A stretch of DNA of 64,000 nt. Origin: Candidatus Spongiisociaceae bacterium (GTDB lineage Bacteria > Actinomycetota > Acidimicrobiia > Spongiisociales > Spongiisociaceae). The notes under the pieces were generated by a model that was given only the letters and a program-made list of their open reading frames with translations, ran no database searches and was not told the origin of the DNA. The stretch spans positions 3,456,001-3,520,000 of the forward strand of contig OZ253564.1 in the NCBI GenBank assembly GCA_965262915.1, read 5' to 3'. Shown piece by piece: positions 1-9,953 of the stretch (the stretch's first letter is position 1; the number at the start of each line of letters is the position of its first letter). Made by a program: the position numbers and the translations under genes.

Positions 1-468
1 AGCTTGATCGCTGACGGAGCCGAGGTGGTGGGTCACAGCCAGGACACGCCGTCGGTATGCCAGGCAGCCGAAGCAGCCGGCTTGTTCTGCACGGGCAACA
101 CGATCGATCAGGGTGAATTCACACCCGGGGCATGGCTGACAGGGGACGTGATCAACTGGGGCACCTACTACGTCCTCAGAGTCGGCGAGGTTCTCGACGG
201 GACCTGGGAGACCGGTGCGTTCTACGGGACGATGGCTGATGGCGTCATGGAAATAGCTCCGTTCGGTGAAGCTGTGGCTGAGGACACCCGAGCGCTGATC
301 AGCGACGCCCGCGACCGTATCGAGGCTCAAAGCTTCGCCTACTTCACCGGCCCCATACGCGACCAGGCGGGTGAGCTACGCGTTCCTGACGGCACAGCGA
401 TGTCGTTCGATGAGATCGTCACGATGGATTGGTTCGTTGAAGGAATCCTCGGTAGCCCGACAGGGTGA
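1..468 (+). CDS. BMP-family ABC transporter substrate-binding protein, 3' part (runs off the window edge)
   Basis: C-terminal BMP/PnrA-like sequence (GAEVVGHSQD, NWGTYY, FTGPIRDQAG, MDWFVEGI) directly upstream of an ABC ATPase and two permeases. Confidence 0.85.
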   Translation, partial: SLIADGAEVVGHSQDTPSVCQAAEAAGLFCTGNTIDQGEFTPGAWLTGDVINWGTYYVLRVGEVLDGTWETGAFYGTMADGVMEIAPFGEAVAEDTRALISDARDRIEAQSFAYFTGPIRDQAGELRVPDGTAMSFDEIVTMDWFVEGILGSPTG

Positions 469-556
469 TCGAGCAGGTTTCCGGACGCCGCCCACGGGTC
501 AGGACGATCAAAAGACCGAGCAACCATCGTGGTTGACACGCGAGCAATGAACTCAC

Positions 557-2086
557 GTGGCTGCCGATAGCCTTGCGCTGCAACTAGAGGGCATAACCAA
601 GCGTTTCCCACGAGTGGTTGCGAACGACCGGATCGACTTTGATCTCCGCCGTGGAGAGGTTCATGCCCTTCTGGGCCAGAACGGCGCCGGCAAGTCGACC
701 CTGGCCCACATCATCAGCGGTCTCTACCGGCCCGACCAGGGTGTGATCCGCGTATTCGGGCAACAGGTCAATATGAAATCGCCCCGCGAGGCGCTCGACA
801 CAGGCATCGGCATGGTGCACCAGCACTTCAGGCTGGTCCCGTCGCTTACGGTCGCGCAGAACATCGTGCTGGGCCAGGAGAAGCCCGGGAGGTTCTTCAA
901 ACTCACGGAGCGTGACCTCCGGTCACGCGTCGCGACCGTGGCTGCCGAATACAACCTGCCGGTCGATCCCGATGCTCGAGTCTGGCAGCTGTCCGTCGGA
1001 GAGCAGCAGCGTGTCGAGCTGTTGAAGGCCCTCTACCGAGAGGCACGAATCCTGATTCTCGACGAGCCCACTGCAGTGTTGACCCCGCAGGAGGCGGACT
1101 CGCTCTTCGACACGGTTCGCGAGATGGTGGGTCGAGGGCGATCGGTCATCCTGATCTCGCACAAACTCGACGAGGTCCTCGCGGTGGCCGATCGCATCAC
1201 GGTGCTTCGTGACGGCAAGAAGGTCGGGACTTCGAGCAGGCGAGACGTCTCTGCTCGTTCGCTCGCACGGATGATGGTCGGCCGAGACGTTTCCCTGTCG
1301 CGCAGGCGGCGCGATGTGTCGTCAGGGGCGAGCGCCGTTCCCGTGATCGAACTATCCGGCGTGATGGCAGACGGGGATCGCGGTGGTCCGGTGCTCCATG
1401 ACGTCTCGCTCGACGTACGCGCGGGCGAGATACTCGGCATAGCCGGGGTGGCCGGCAACGGACAGCGAGAGCTTGCCGAGGTCGTGGCCGGACTCCGAAG
1501 ACCGTCGACAGGCAGGATCCGCATTCGTGGACGTCACTATGTGTCGCATACGCCCCAGGAAGCCATCGGGCTGGGGGTCGGCTATGTACCGGACGACCGT
1601 CTCGGAACCGGGCTCGCGCCCAATATCACAGTCGCCGAGAACCTCGTATTGAAATCATTCTCCGGGGAACCCTTTTCCTGGGGGCCATTCTTGAGGCACG
1701 ATCGTATCGGTTCCCACGGGCGAACCCTGATAGACCAGTACGACATCAGAGGCGCCGCCCACACCGCCGCGGTTCGTTCGCTATCCGGCGGGAACGTACA
1801 GAAGGTCCTGCTCGCACGGGAGATCGCGAGCCGGCCAGCGGCCCTGGTGGCTGTGTCTCCAACGCGCGGCCTCGATATCGTGGCGGCGGAATACGTTCGG
1901 CAACTGATCGCCGAGTTGGCCTCCTCCGGTGCGGCGATCCTCCTGATCAGTGAGGATCTGGATGAGGTCCTGACCCTCTCCGACCGGGTCGGCGTTCTGT
2001 ACGAAGGGCGAATCGTGGGGATGAAGGACTCGGCCTCTGCAAGAGTCGAGGACATCGGCTTGCTCATGGCGGGAGCATCCGAATGA
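557..2086 (+). CDS. Nucleoside/sugar (CUT2-type) ABC transporter ATP-binding protein, two fused ABC domains
   Basis: Walker A GQNGAGKST, LSVGEQQRVE, ILDEPT, second-domain LSGGNVQK. Confidence 0.95.
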   Translation: MAADSLALQLEGITKRFPRVVANDRIDFDLRRGEVHALLGQNGAGKSTLAHIISGLYRPDQGVIRVFGQQVNMKSPREALDTGIGMVHQHFRLVPSLTVAQNIVLGQEKPGRFFKLTERDLRSRVATVAAEYNLPVDPDARVWQLSVGEQQRVELLKALYREARILILDEPTAVLTPQEADSLFDTVREMVGRGRSVILISHKLDEVLAVADRITVLRDGKKVGTSSRRDVSARSLARMMVGRDVSLSRRRRDVSSGASAVPVIELSGVMADGDRGGPVLHDVSLDVRAGEILGIAGVAGNGQRELAEVVAGLRRPSTGRIRIRGRHYVSHTPQEAIGLGVGYVPDDRLGTGLAPNITVAENLVLKSFSGEPFSWGPFLRHDRIGSHGRTLIDQYDIRGAAHTAAVRSLSGGNVQKVLLAREIASRPAALVAVSPTRGLDIVAAEYVRQLIAELASSGAAILLISEDLDEVLTLSDRVGVLYEGRIVGMKDSASARVEDIGLLMAGASE

Positions 2087-3411
2087 GGTTCAAGAGACGG
2101 CTCGACACCCCGTGGTGGTTGACGATCACGGTCCCGATCGGATCGGTGCTGGCCGCGTTGGTGGTTGGGGCAGGCGTTCTTCTCATAACCGGTCACAATC
2201 CGGTCGACACCTACACCCGATTGTTCGAGCGAGGCTTTCTGTCCGAAGCTGCGTTATCGGCCACCATCCGCTCCGCAACGCCGTTGGTCTTCACCGGTCT
2301 GGCGGCTGCTGCTGCGTTCCGGATGGGGCTCTGGAACATCGGCGGCGAGGGGCAACTCTACATGGGGGCCGTCGGTGCCTCGGGGATCGGTCTCGCACTT
2401 GCCGGTGCTCCCGCCCTCGTCGTGATTCCGGCGATGGTGGTAGCGGGTGCGGGGTTCGGTTTCCTGTGGGCTCTCGTGCCGGGTGTGCTGCGGGCACGGT
2501 TCAACACCAACGAGATAATCACCAGCCTGATGCTGAACTACGTCGCGTCCCTTGTACTTGCCTACTTGATCCTCGACAGCATGTCGCCCTGGCGGGACCA
2601 ATCCCCTGGAACGACCTTTCCTCTGGGAGCGAGGCTCCCCGAAGCTGCGTCCTGGCCCCGGCTCCTCACGGAGTTGTCGGTCCTGGGAGCTGCTCTGGTC
2701 TCGTTGGGAATAGTTGTCGGCGTGATTGCCTGGATGAGGCGTCGCGCTCGCAGCGCCACGGTAAGGAAGAACGTCCTCATCATCTCGGCAAGCGCAGTCG
2801 CGGCTCTGCTGATCGGAGGATCCTTGACCAATGGTCTTGCGACCATCGTTCCGCTCGGAATGGTGCTGGGCGTCGGGGGTGCGATTGCGGTCTGGGTGCT
2901 CTACCGCGAGACCGGATTCGGTTTTGAAGTCCGCGTAATCAGCGATTCACCCGCCGCTGCTCGCTATTCCGGGATGAATACTGGACGCAAGATCGTAGTT
3001 GTGATGATGCTCTCCGGGGCACTGGCAGGGTTGGGCGGCGCCAGCCAGGTGGGCGACTTCGCCCATCTGCTCGACCCGTACGGTCTCCCGCAGAGCGTCT
3101 ACGGATACACGGGAATCGTCGTGGCGGCTCTGGCTGCCAACAATCCGTTGGGCGTAGTGCTGTCCGCCTTCCTTCTCGGAGGACTCACCAATGCCGGCTT
3201 CAGCCTCCGAGGGCTCGACTTCCCGCTGGGACTCGTCGGGATCTTGCAGGGTCTGATCCTCTTCTTCGCCATCGGTGGCACCGTTCTGATCCGGTACCGC
3301 GTGCGGTTCCGGACGCGAACCCTCGCGAGTGACGGTGAGCCTCACGCTCGGTACGAACCTGGGGAACCCCCGCTTGCGGGCGCCGGAGGCGGAATCGACG
3401 GCGGACAGTGA
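2083..3411 (+). CDS. Nucleoside-type ABC transporter permease
   Basis: NIGGEGQ, NEIITSLMLNY and GYTGIVVAAL motifs; multiple TM segments; ATGA overlap with ATPase. Confidence 0.92.
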   Translation: MRFKRRLDTPWWLTITVPIGSVLAALVVGAGVLLITGHNPVDTYTRLFERGFLSEAALSATIRSATPLVFTGLAAAAAFRMGLWNIGGEGQLYMGAVGASGIGLALAGAPALVVIPAMVVAGAGFGFLWALVPGVLRARFNTNEIITSLMLNYVASLVLAYLILDSMSPWRDQSPGTTFPLGARLPEAASWPRLLTELSVLGAALVSLGIVVGVIAWMRRRARSATVRKNVLIISASAVAALLIGGSLTNGLATIVPLGMVLGVGGAIAVWVLYRETGFGFEVRVISDSPAAARYSGMNTGRKIVVVMMLSGALAGLGGASQVGDFAHLLDPYGLPQSVYGYTGIVVAALAANNPLGVVLSAFLLGGLTNAGFSLRGLDFPLGLVGILQGLILFFAIGGTVLIRYRVRFRTRTLASDGEPHARYEPGEPPLAGAGGGIDGGQ

Positions 3412-4364
3412 ACGACAATCTCGTCGTCGTCCTTCTGGCGTCGGCCGTGTTCTACGGCACGCCGCTCCTGTACGCCGCTCTCGGGGAGATCCTCACTGAG
3501 CGGTCAGGCGTGCTGAACCTCGGCCTCGAGGGGATGATGCTGATGGGGGCGGTCATGGGTTTCTGGACGGTCCAGTATGTGGATGGACCGGGGTGGCTGG
3601 TTCTCACCGGTGCCGTCCTGGTGGCAGCCGTTGCGGGGGCCGGAACCGCTCTCATCCACGCCGTGCTCGCGATCACCTTCCACGCCAACCAGATCGTTTC
3701 CGGGATAGCTCTGACCATCTTTGCCGGAGTGATCGGCTTGTCGGCCTACGTCGGAACGAGGGCGGGCGTGGGAGGCACGCCCTTGGCACACCACTTCCGT
3801 TCCTTGAACCTTTTCGGCCTGAAGGAGTTTCCTATCCTGGGCCCGATCGTTTTCGACCAACACGCTCTGGTATATCTGTCATGGGCGCTCGTCCTGGTCT
3901 GCACGTGGTACATGTACCGCACGAGTATTGGCCTGAGATTACGATCGGTGGGGGACGCTCCCGAAACCGCGGATGCCGCAGGAATCAATGTGGTCAGATA
4001 CCGCTACGTGCACACGCTCGTCGGCGGCGCGCTTGCAGGCATAGGAGGATCGGTGTTCAGCCTCGCCATAGCACTCAACTGGCTGGATGGGATGACTGCA
4101 GGCGCCGGATGGATAGCGATCGCGTTGGTCATATTCGGTTTCTGGCGACCCATTCCCGTCATGGTCGGCGCATACTTCTTCGGCGGACTCTCCGGTCTCG
4201 GCTTCGCCCTCCAGACGCGCCAGGTACGTCTCCCACCGGAACTGTTCGCCTCGCTGCCCTACGTGATGACGATCATCGTGCTCACCGTCGTGTCCTCAGG
4301 ATGGGCACGACACCGTTCCACCGCGCCGGCCGCCCTGGGTACCCCTTACCTGCGGGAAAGTTGA
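3408..4364 (+). CDS. Nucleoside-type ABC transporter permease
   Basis: ERSGVLNLGLEGMMLMG, GWIAIALVIFG, LPYVMT motifs. Confidence 0.93.
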   Translation: MNDNLVVVLLASAVFYGTPLLYAALGEILTERSGVLNLGLEGMMLMGAVMGFWTVQYVDGPGWLVLTGAVLVAAVAGAGTALIHAVLAITFHANQIVSGIALTIFAGVIGLSAYVGTRAGVGGTPLAHHFRSLNLFGLKEFPILGPIVFDQHALVYLSWALVLVCTWYMYRTSIGLRLRSVGDAPETADAAGINVVRYRYVHTLVGGALAGIGGSVFSLAIALNWLDGMTAGAGWIAIALVIFGFWRPIPVMVGAYFFGGLSGLGFALQTRQVRLPPELFASLPYVMTIIVLTVVSSGWARHRSTAPAALGTPYLRES

Positions 4365-4433
4365 GCAGGCCGACCGACCAACCCGGCGGTCGAGGGTAGG
4401 TGGAACACAAGACCACCGGGATACCGGCTGCCG

Positions 4434-5186
4434 TCAGGCAAGAGCGCCCGAGTATTCTCTGAGCGATCTGGATACAGTTGCGGCGTCCGTTTCGGCACCG
4501 AAGAGGCCTCCCTGATACCTCACGAGCCCCAAGAGGTTCTCTGTTACCTCGGGGTTGACACCGGCAACCCCGTCAGAGATCATCAGGCAGTCGTACCCTT
4601 GGTCAACGGCATCGTATAAGGTCGCGGCAACGCACACATTCGAAGTGATCCCGGTGATGATCAGCGATCGGATGTCCCGCGCCTCGATCCATCTGCGGAA
4701 CGGCTCGTTTCCGAACGTGCTGTAGGTCGTCTTGTTGAAGACCGGTTCGCCGGGGAGAGGCGTAAGTTCTTCGATGATCCCCGCTCCGGGCTCGCCATGA
4801 ATCATTCCCCTGCCGAACCGGTTCGGCTTGCCATACGGGGTACCGAAGCGTATCGCTTGTTCCCGCTTGAAGTCCGGAAGATCCGACAGGTCGGGAGAGA
4901 AGGAGTTCGTGAAGTGCACCACGTTGATTCCCGGGACACTGCGCGCCGCGTCAAGAAGCTCGCGGAGCCCCGGCACGATCGCTCGAATCAGAGAGAGGTC
5001 GAAACCCATATCCGTGAACCATCCGCCGTCGAGTACGCCATCCACCTCCATATCGATTACGAGAAGGGCCACTTCCGAAGGCGTCGCCGGGCCTAGCAAC
5101 GGCCACTCGTGCGGAAAGGAAGGAATGGTGAGCGTTGCTTCAGCCCTTCGGCGATCTGATATGTCGGAATTCGATGGCTCTGACAT
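4434..5186 (-). CDS. Isochorismatase-like cysteine hydrolase, biuret/triuret hydrolase-like subgroup
   Basis: Asp (LLVIDME), Lys (FNKT) and Cys (GITSNVCV) triad; PDLSDLP, GEPG and C-terminal QGGLFG segments resemble BiuH-type enzymes. Confidence 0.8.
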   Translation of the reverse strand: MSEPSNSDISDRRRAEATLTIPSFPHEWPLLGPATPSEVALLVIDMEVDGVLDGGWFTDMGFDLSLIRAIVPGLRELLDAARSVPGINVVHFTNSFSPDLSDLPDFKREQAIRFGTPYGKPNRFGRGMIHGEPGAGIIEELTPLPGEPVFNKTTYSTFGNEPFRRWIEARDIRSLIITGITSNVCVAATLYDAVDQGYDCLMISDGVAGVNPEVTENLLGLVRYQGGLFGAETDAATVSRSLREYSGALA

Positions 5187-5337
5187 GGTGAACTGACCTC
5201 CCGGCGGGTCTTGCTAGCGAACGACTTAACCGTCAGTACCGATCGAGTGAGACTACCAGCCGCCCCTCGTCCGTGAAGATCTAGGCACAACCGTGGTTGG
5301 CCGTAGGGTAGGCTGGTGGGTCTTGTGAAGAGGAGCG

Positions 5338-7743
5338 ATGAGCCGCCAGCCGGCCTTGCCTGAGCGGCCCCTCCATGTGGGGGCCAATGTAAGCCGTGTG
5401 GAAGACGAACGGCTCCTCCGCGGAAGGGCTCGATACGTTGCCGACATCGAGGTCCCGAACATGGCTGAGGTGGCGATCGTAAGAAGCCCTGTTGCCCACG
5501 CCGAGCTGGGGAGCGTCGACCTGGGGCCTGCAACCCGGATGCCTGGGGCTATTGCTGCTTTCGCGGCCTCTGATATGAACGACGTTCATCCGTTCCCCGA
5601 CACCAACCCCATGGTACGCCCGGTAGGCCTCTTTCCACTTGCCAGGGAACGCGTGCGTTATGTGGGTGCCCCCGTCGCCGTTGTAGTAGCCGAGGACCGT
5701 TACCTAGCCGAGGACGCAGCTGCTGCGGTCTGGGTGGACTACGAACCGTTGCCCGCTGTCATGTCCGTTGAGGCAAGTATCGGCGGTCCGCAACGGTTGT
5801 ATGACGAATGGCCGGACAACAAGATCCTCGATCTCCAACTCACCGATCCCGAAATCGACGCGATCTTCCGGAAACATCATGTAGTCCAGGAGACGTACAG
5901 GACTCACCGTCACACCGGCGTGCCGCTGGAGACACGCGGCTGCCTCGCACAGTTTGACGGCGGCCGCGTCACCCTATGGTCCTCTACCCAGAGTCCGCAT
6001 TACGTCCGAACGATCCTGGCGCGGATGCTTGGTCTCCCCGAAAGCCGCATTCGTGTGATTGCACCCGACATGGGAGGAGGCTTCGGGATCAAGAGCCACA
6101 TGTATCCCGAGGAAGTCCTCGTTCCTTGGTTGGCGATCAAGCTGGGTCGACCGATGAGGTGGATTGAAGATAGGGTGGAGCACTTCACGGCTTCTAATCA
6201 CGCTCGCGAACAGACCATCAATATCGAAGCCGCATTTACCGACGAGGGGCGGATTCTCGCCGTTCGTGCTCACATCATCGGCGATGTCGGATCGGGTGAG
6301 ATCTGGTTCCCGGGGACCGGACCGAGCGTTGTAGCTGCGGGGATGATCACGGGACCTTACCGGATCGGCCGAACATTGGCGTCCATCACATGCGTTGTCA
6401 CCAACAAGACGCCGGCAGGCGCATACCGAGGTTATGGACAGCCGGAAGGCGTGTTCGCCCTCGAGAGCCTCATCGACAAGGCGGCCTCCGAGCTTGGACT
6501 TGATCCGGTGGGTATCCGGCGGACCAACCTCCTCCAACAGGATGATCTGCCCTTCACGACATTCAGTGGGTACGTCCTCGACTCCGGGAGCTTTCGGGAA
6601 GCCTATGACATGACCGTGGAGACTGCTCGCCAGGCATACGCACCTGCCGCAGAAGAGTATCGAGATGACGATGGGGTACGGATCGGTCTGGGTTTCGCAA
6701 CCTACTGGGAGGGCACTTCACCGAGCGGTTTCCTCAACACCGGGCTGTGGGGAGCTCACGATTCCGCCTCGGTGCGCGTCGAGCCGGACGGGGGCGTCGT
6801 CGTGAGCGTCGGGGTTACCACAACTGGACAAGGTGTAGAGACGATGGTTGCGACTCTGGCCGCCGATATCCTGCGCATTCCGCTCGATAGCGTCCGGGTG
6901 GAAATGGGTGACACGGATACATGCCCCCACGGTCAAGGCGGTTGGGGTAGCCGCAGCACGGTGATGGGGGGCGGCGCCGTGGTGATGGCAGCCGGGCGGA
7001 TCCGGGACAAGATGATGCGGATTGCTGCCCACGCGTTGGAGGCCGACGTGGGCGACATCGTCACATCGGAAGGTCGCTTCGAGGTCCGAGGGACACGGGT
7101 AGGAATCTCGTTCGCTGAAGTGGCCGGAATCGCCACGGTGAGTAGCTTTCGCCTTCCCGACAACCTGGAGGCCGGTCTCGACGCTACCGCCGTATACACG
7201 GCCAACGTGGATCATTGGCCCAATGAACTGGGCCGTATCAACCCATGCCCGACGTACTCGAACGCCTCGCATGCCGCGATCGTGAAAGTGGAACTTGCAA
7301 CGGGTGCAGTGACAGTTCTTAAGTACATATCGACTCACGACTGCGGCCCGGTGATCAATCCTCGTATCGTCAAAGGACAGGTCGAGGGAGGGATCGCGCA
7401 GGGTATCGGAGGGGCCCTTCTCGAGAACCTCGTCTATAGCGATGACGGGCAGCTCCTGTCCGCCAGTTTCATGGATTACCTGATTCCCACCGCAAATGAG
7501 ATTCCCGACATGGTCGTGCAACATCTCGAGTCGCCCAGCCCCAACACACCGATGGGCGTTAAGGGTGTTGGTGAGGGTGGAGTCATCGGCGTCTCCGCGG
7601 CTGTTGCGAACGCAGTACGGGATGCTCTTGCAGAGTTCGGCGTGGAGATCACCGAACTACCGCTGTCGCCTCCTATCGTTCGAAAACTGATTCGAGGGAA
7701 GTCGGCCGACACACTGGCACCAAAGCAGTCCACTAACCATTGA
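5338..7743 (+). CDS. Xanthine dehydrogenase-family molybdopterin-binding large subunit (CoxL/CutL-like, not form I CODH)
   Basis: RVEDERLLRG, MGGGFG, AYRGYGQPE, GQVEGGIAQG, DYLIP, KGVGEGG motifs. Confidence 0.92.
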   Translation: MSRQPALPERPLHVGANVSRVEDERLLRGRARYVADIEVPNMAEVAIVRSPVAHAELGSVDLGPATRMPGAIAAFAASDMNDVHPFPDTNPMVRPVGLFPLARERVRYVGAPVAVVVAEDRYLAEDAAAAVWVDYEPLPAVMSVEASIGGPQRLYDEWPDNKILDLQLTDPEIDAIFRKHHVVQETYRTHRHTGVPLETRGCLAQFDGGRVTLWSSTQSPHYVRTILARMLGLPESRIRVIAPDMGGGFGIKSHMYPEEVLVPWLAIKLGRPMRWIEDRVEHFTASNHAREQTINIEAAFTDEGRILAVRAHIIGDVGSGEIWFPGTGPSVVAAGMITGPYRIGRTLASITCVVTNKTPAGAYRGYGQPEGVFALESLIDKAASELGLDPVGIRRTNLLQQDDLPFTTFSGYVLDSGSFREAYDMTVETARQAYAPAAEEYRDDDGVRIGLGFATYWEGTSPSGFLNTGLWGAHDSASVRVEPDGGVVVSVGVTTTGQGVETMVATLAADILRIPLDSVRVEMGDTDTCPHGQGGWGSRSTVMGGGAVVMAAGRIRDKMMRIAAHALEADVGDIVTSEGRFEVRGTRVGISFAEVAGIATVSSFRLPDNLEAGLDATAVYTANVDHWPNELGRINPCPTYSNASHAAIVKVELATGAVTVLKYISTHDCGPVINPRIVKGQVEGGIAQGIGGALLENLVYSDDGQLLSASFMDYLIPTANEIPDMVVQHLESPSPNTPMGVKGVGEGGVIGVSAAVANAVRDALAEFGVEITELPLSPPIVRKLIRGKSADTLAPKQSTNH

Positions 7744-7953
7744 CGCGACCACTACATGCCTATCGACTGCGGAGCCAGGCGGGACGGTATGGCTGATTAC
7801 CAAGCGCCGCGGTGATCGATACCGATCAGACACCGACGCTCGGACACGTTGGCCGCGGTCCTGAGCGCTGCCGATCGGTCCTCCCGACCCGCATGGCGCC
7901 GGGCAGCAACCGTTTAGGGGGCCCTCCATGTCGAGCAGCTCCACCACACGCAC

Positions 7954-8667
7954 TCATTTCCGGAGAGCCACAAAGCACGAATCCTTCGGAGACAGGAGAG
8001 CCATCTCCGACCGGGCATCGGGCTGGTATCTCTGGAGGAGACCCCTGAGGTCCCTCGCGGCGGCCGCCACATCCTCGTTTGCTCGGTCGTGGTGGCCTTC
8101 GACGGTGAACAGGGCTTCGACCGTCCGCGGACCGGTGGCACTCTGGGCGCTCTGACGCCAGCACCAGCGGCGGGCGCTCACCGCACCTGCCTCGTCGACG
8201 AACACGACCTCGCCCGGATGGGGCGCTACCACCCGGGTGCTCCCGAGATCGGTGAACCGCTCCCCGCCACCGGCGAAGCGGACCACGGTGGACCCCGTCA
8301 CATGAGCCTGGTCGAAGGCAGCCACAGGGAGCCGGTAGCGGATCGCCACCAGGTTGGCGATGTCGACCAGGAGGTTGATCGACGGGATGTCTCCGCGCTT
8401 GACAAGGCGCCGGAGGAGGGCCTCGGCGGCGTTGCGGTACTGCGTCGGCTTGACCCCGAACCCGGCGAAGGCCCGGCGCCACGCCGCGATGGAGGGGAGC
8501 GCCGAGATCGCCCGGCTGCCGATCTCGCTGCGGGAGGCGAGTTGCTGCGCCCGGAACTGGTCTCGGAGCTCGGCCGGGCTGGCACCGTTCGACAGCCCGA
8601 CCGCATGGACCACCCCGGCCCGGATTGTCGGGTACCGCTCCAGGACGCGCCGGTCGTAGGAGAACAT
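7954..8667 (-). CDS. Free-standing B3/4 domain protein (PheRS beta editing-domain homologue)
   Basis: AWRRAFAGFGVKPTQYRNAAEALLRR, INLLVDIANLV, RRWCWRQS; ATG at 8667 chosen. Confidence 0.88.
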   Translation of the reverse strand: MFSYDRRVLERYPTIRAGVVHAVGLSNGASPAELRDQFRAQQLASRSEIGSRAISALPSIAAWRRAFAGFGVKPTQYRNAAEALLRRLVKRGDIPSINLLVDIANLVAIRYRLPVAAFDQAHVTGSTVVRFAGGGERFTDLGSTRVVAPHPGEVVFVDEAGAVSARRWCWRQSAQSATGPRTVEALFTVEGHHDRANEDVAAAARDLRGLLQRYQPDARSEMALLSPKDSCFVALRK

Positions 8668-8671
8668 CTGC

Positions 8672-9040
8672 CTACCCGTGGCTTCCTGCGCGTCGCCACA
8701 GGAGAGCAACACCTACGGCGGCGAATGTCACCAGATCGACAACGGGAGCGGGCCAGATCGCCGGGTGGGAGTAGCCCACGGTGACATAAGCGATGGCCCA
8801 TGCGCAGTCGGCCACCGTCAGAGCAAGAACCAGCGCGCCGGAGATACGCCAGGCTTGGGCCAGGCCACCCCGAATGATCGCATATGTCAGGAGAGGTACG
8901 GTCACGGGCGCGGCATAGATAGCTGCCCCACCGATCGAAAAGAGAAGAACCGCCGCCCCGATTATCAAGGCTTTGAGCAGAAGGCCTCGGATCTTCCCGG
9001 TCACACTCCGTACGTTAGCCACCGGCGGAATATGTCTCAT
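8672..9040 (-). CDS. Hypothetical membrane protein
   Basis: 122 aa with 3-4 hydrophobic segments, co-oriented between ABC ATPase and B3/4 gene. Confidence 0.5.
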   Translation of the reverse strand: MRHIPPVANVRSVTGKIRGLLLKALIIGAAVLLFSIGGAAIYAAPVTVPLLTYAIIRGGLAQAWRISGALVLALTVADCAWAIAYVTVGYSHPAIWPAPVVDLVTFAAVGVALLWRRAGSHG

Positions 9041-9194
9041 GATGCCTGGCCATCGGACCTCCGCGTACAGAACGCGGGACCAATCAGGCTGCCTCGATCA
9101 GCCGGTGGAGAGCTTGTTCCCGCAAACACCGAACCATCTCGATAACGCAACGTTCTCGGCTTCAGAGGTGGCGCGTGGCGCTGGATACCGCCGC

Positions 9195-9941
9195 TCAGGG
9201 GGTCGATATGGCCCCCAGGAACCTCTTCAGGCCCGCGTCCTGGGGTCTGCGGATCAAGTCCTCGGGCGAACCCTGCTCCACCAACGCACCCCCATCCATG
9301 TAGATCATGCGGTCAGCGACATCCAACGCAAAACCAAGCTCGTGCGTCACCACCAGCATCGTCATGCCTTCTTCGGCGAGGCTACGCATCACCCCGAGCA
9401 CCTCGCCGATGAGTTCCGGGTCAAGCGCCGACGTTGGCTCATCGAAGAGCATGACCTCTGGATTCAGCGCCAGAGCCCTCGCAATTGCGACCCGCTGCTG
9501 CTGGCCGCCCGAGAGTCGGTTCGGGTAGACGTCGCGCTTGTCCGCCAGACCGACCTTCGCCAGCAGATCCTCACCCGCTCTGGTGGCGTCCGAGCGCGAA
9601 GCTCCCTGCACGGCGACCAGGCCTTCGATCACGTTGCCGAGAGCCGTTCGGTGGGGAAAGAGGTTGAAGGACTGGAAGACCATTCCCGAGAGCAGTCGGA
9701 GTTCGAGGATCTCCTTCGTCTTCCGGCGTGTGATCGGGCCGGCCTCGACGGACCTCTCACCGATGCTTATCGTGCCGGTGTCCGGTATCTCCAGGTAGTT
9801 GATACACCGCAGGAGAGTGCTCTTTCCCGAACCAGACCGCCCGCACAGGGCAACGACCTCACCCCTTTCGACGTCGAGAGTGACGTCTTTCACCGCGTGT
9901 ACCTCGCCGAAAGACTTACTCAGCCCCCTTACCGATAACAC
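9195..9941 (-). CDS. Polar amino acid ABC transporter ATP-binding protein (GlnQ-like)
   Basis: [44 protein letters not shown]. Confidence 0.95.
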   Translation of the reverse strand: MLSVRGLSKSFGEVHAVKDVTLDVERGEVVALCGRSGSGKSTLLRCINYLEIPDTGTISIGERSVEAGPITRRKTKEILELRLLSGMVFQSFNLFPHRTALGNVIEGLVAVQGASRSDATRAGEDLLAKVGLADKRDVYPNRLSGGQQQRVAIARALALNPEVMLFDEPTSALDPELIGEVLGVMRSLAEEGMTMLVVTHELGFALDVADRMIYMDGGALVEQGSPEDLIRRPQDAGLKRFLGAISTP

Positions 9942-9953
9942 AGCGGTTCCCGG

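Noticed and set aside
5338-7743. Aerobic CO dehydrogenase (coxL)
   Set aside because: Lacks the AYxCSFR Cu-binding motif and has no coxM/coxS or accessory genes
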